From positions 1-64,000 of the forward strand of contig JYFJ02001593.1 of the NCBI GenBank assembly GCA_000934665.2: DNA of 64,000 nt, given 5' to 3'. Each line of letters opens with the position of its first letter. Positions within the stretch are counted from its first letter, which is position 1. Origin of the DNA: Catajapyx aquilonaris. Taxonomy: Eukaryota. The notes under the pieces are model-generated. The model ran no database searches and was not told the origin of the DNA. It saw only the letters and a program-made list of their open reading frames with translations. This document shows, in pieces, positions 63,569 to 64,000 of this stretch. Both the position numbers and the translations under genes were made by a program.

Positions 63569-64000
63569 GTTCGTCCGATTGGTTTGTCCAGAAGAGATAC
63601 ACAGGAAGACCCAAGGGCGTTTGCCAAACTAGATCTCTCTCTATAGCCAGACGCCGTAACCTCAGCTGCCACTCATGTGGTTACGGCTATAGGTCACTCC
63701 CTGGTCTGAAATAATTCTATGACGTCTCAGTTGCAAAGTTAATAGGCGCTTTGCCACTATTGGTCATTTGTGCATTGCACTCCCAGTGCAACCTTATGCT
63801 ATTTGTGTAGCAGAGGCGCCTTGCACTCAAAAATATCGCACTCATTGCACTTCTTACATTGCGTCATTTGCCAAGAATTTCAGGTACAACAGATGGGGTA
63901 CAGAAATGATCAGATATTTGAGAGCAATAATTACCACCTTTCCTATGAACACACTAGTCAATAATGAATCAGGTGGAAATTAAGAAAATGCATGCATACA

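Noticed and set aside
507..64000. Most of the 60-150 aa ORFs in the six-frame track
   Set aside because: They are antisense or off-frame shadows of real exons, or random ORFs in AT-rich intronic DNA, many with non-ATG starts and no domains.
1..64000. CRISPR arrays, operons or prokaryotic defence systems
   Set aside because: The DNA is eukaryotic with spliceosomal introns, and no repeat-spacer array is present.

Overview
Compact, intron-rich eukaryotic DNA with many 55-75 nt GT-AG introns; the gene content suggests an arthropod (inference). I joined exons by hand from splice signals and reading frame. Genes in order: four tiny secreted Gly/Tyr-rich peptide genes (1-14 kb; the ORF track misses three), a CIDE-N/DFF45(ICAD)-like gene, a TPBG/5T4-like LRR membrane protein, DDX10 head-to-head with TMEM242, RPGR, an atypical dual-specificity phosphatase, two divergent LRR paralogues with a BC-box/Cul2-box-like N-terminus, and the 3' part of GOPC, whose large intron appears to hold an antisense nested gene for a secreted coiled-coil protein. 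Mobile DNA includes a young 644-bp MITE (147-bp TIRs, TAA TSD) carrying a tRNA-Met-derived Pol III cassette, a ~145-bp repeat in three copies, and Helitron/Helentron-like and RTE-like remnants. The most interesting candidates are the peptide cluster (shared gene layout, predicted pyroGlu/amidation, CAAGG promoter sites), the tRNA-carrying MITE and the putative CRL2 receptor pair. No database searches were run; family calls come from recognised motifs.
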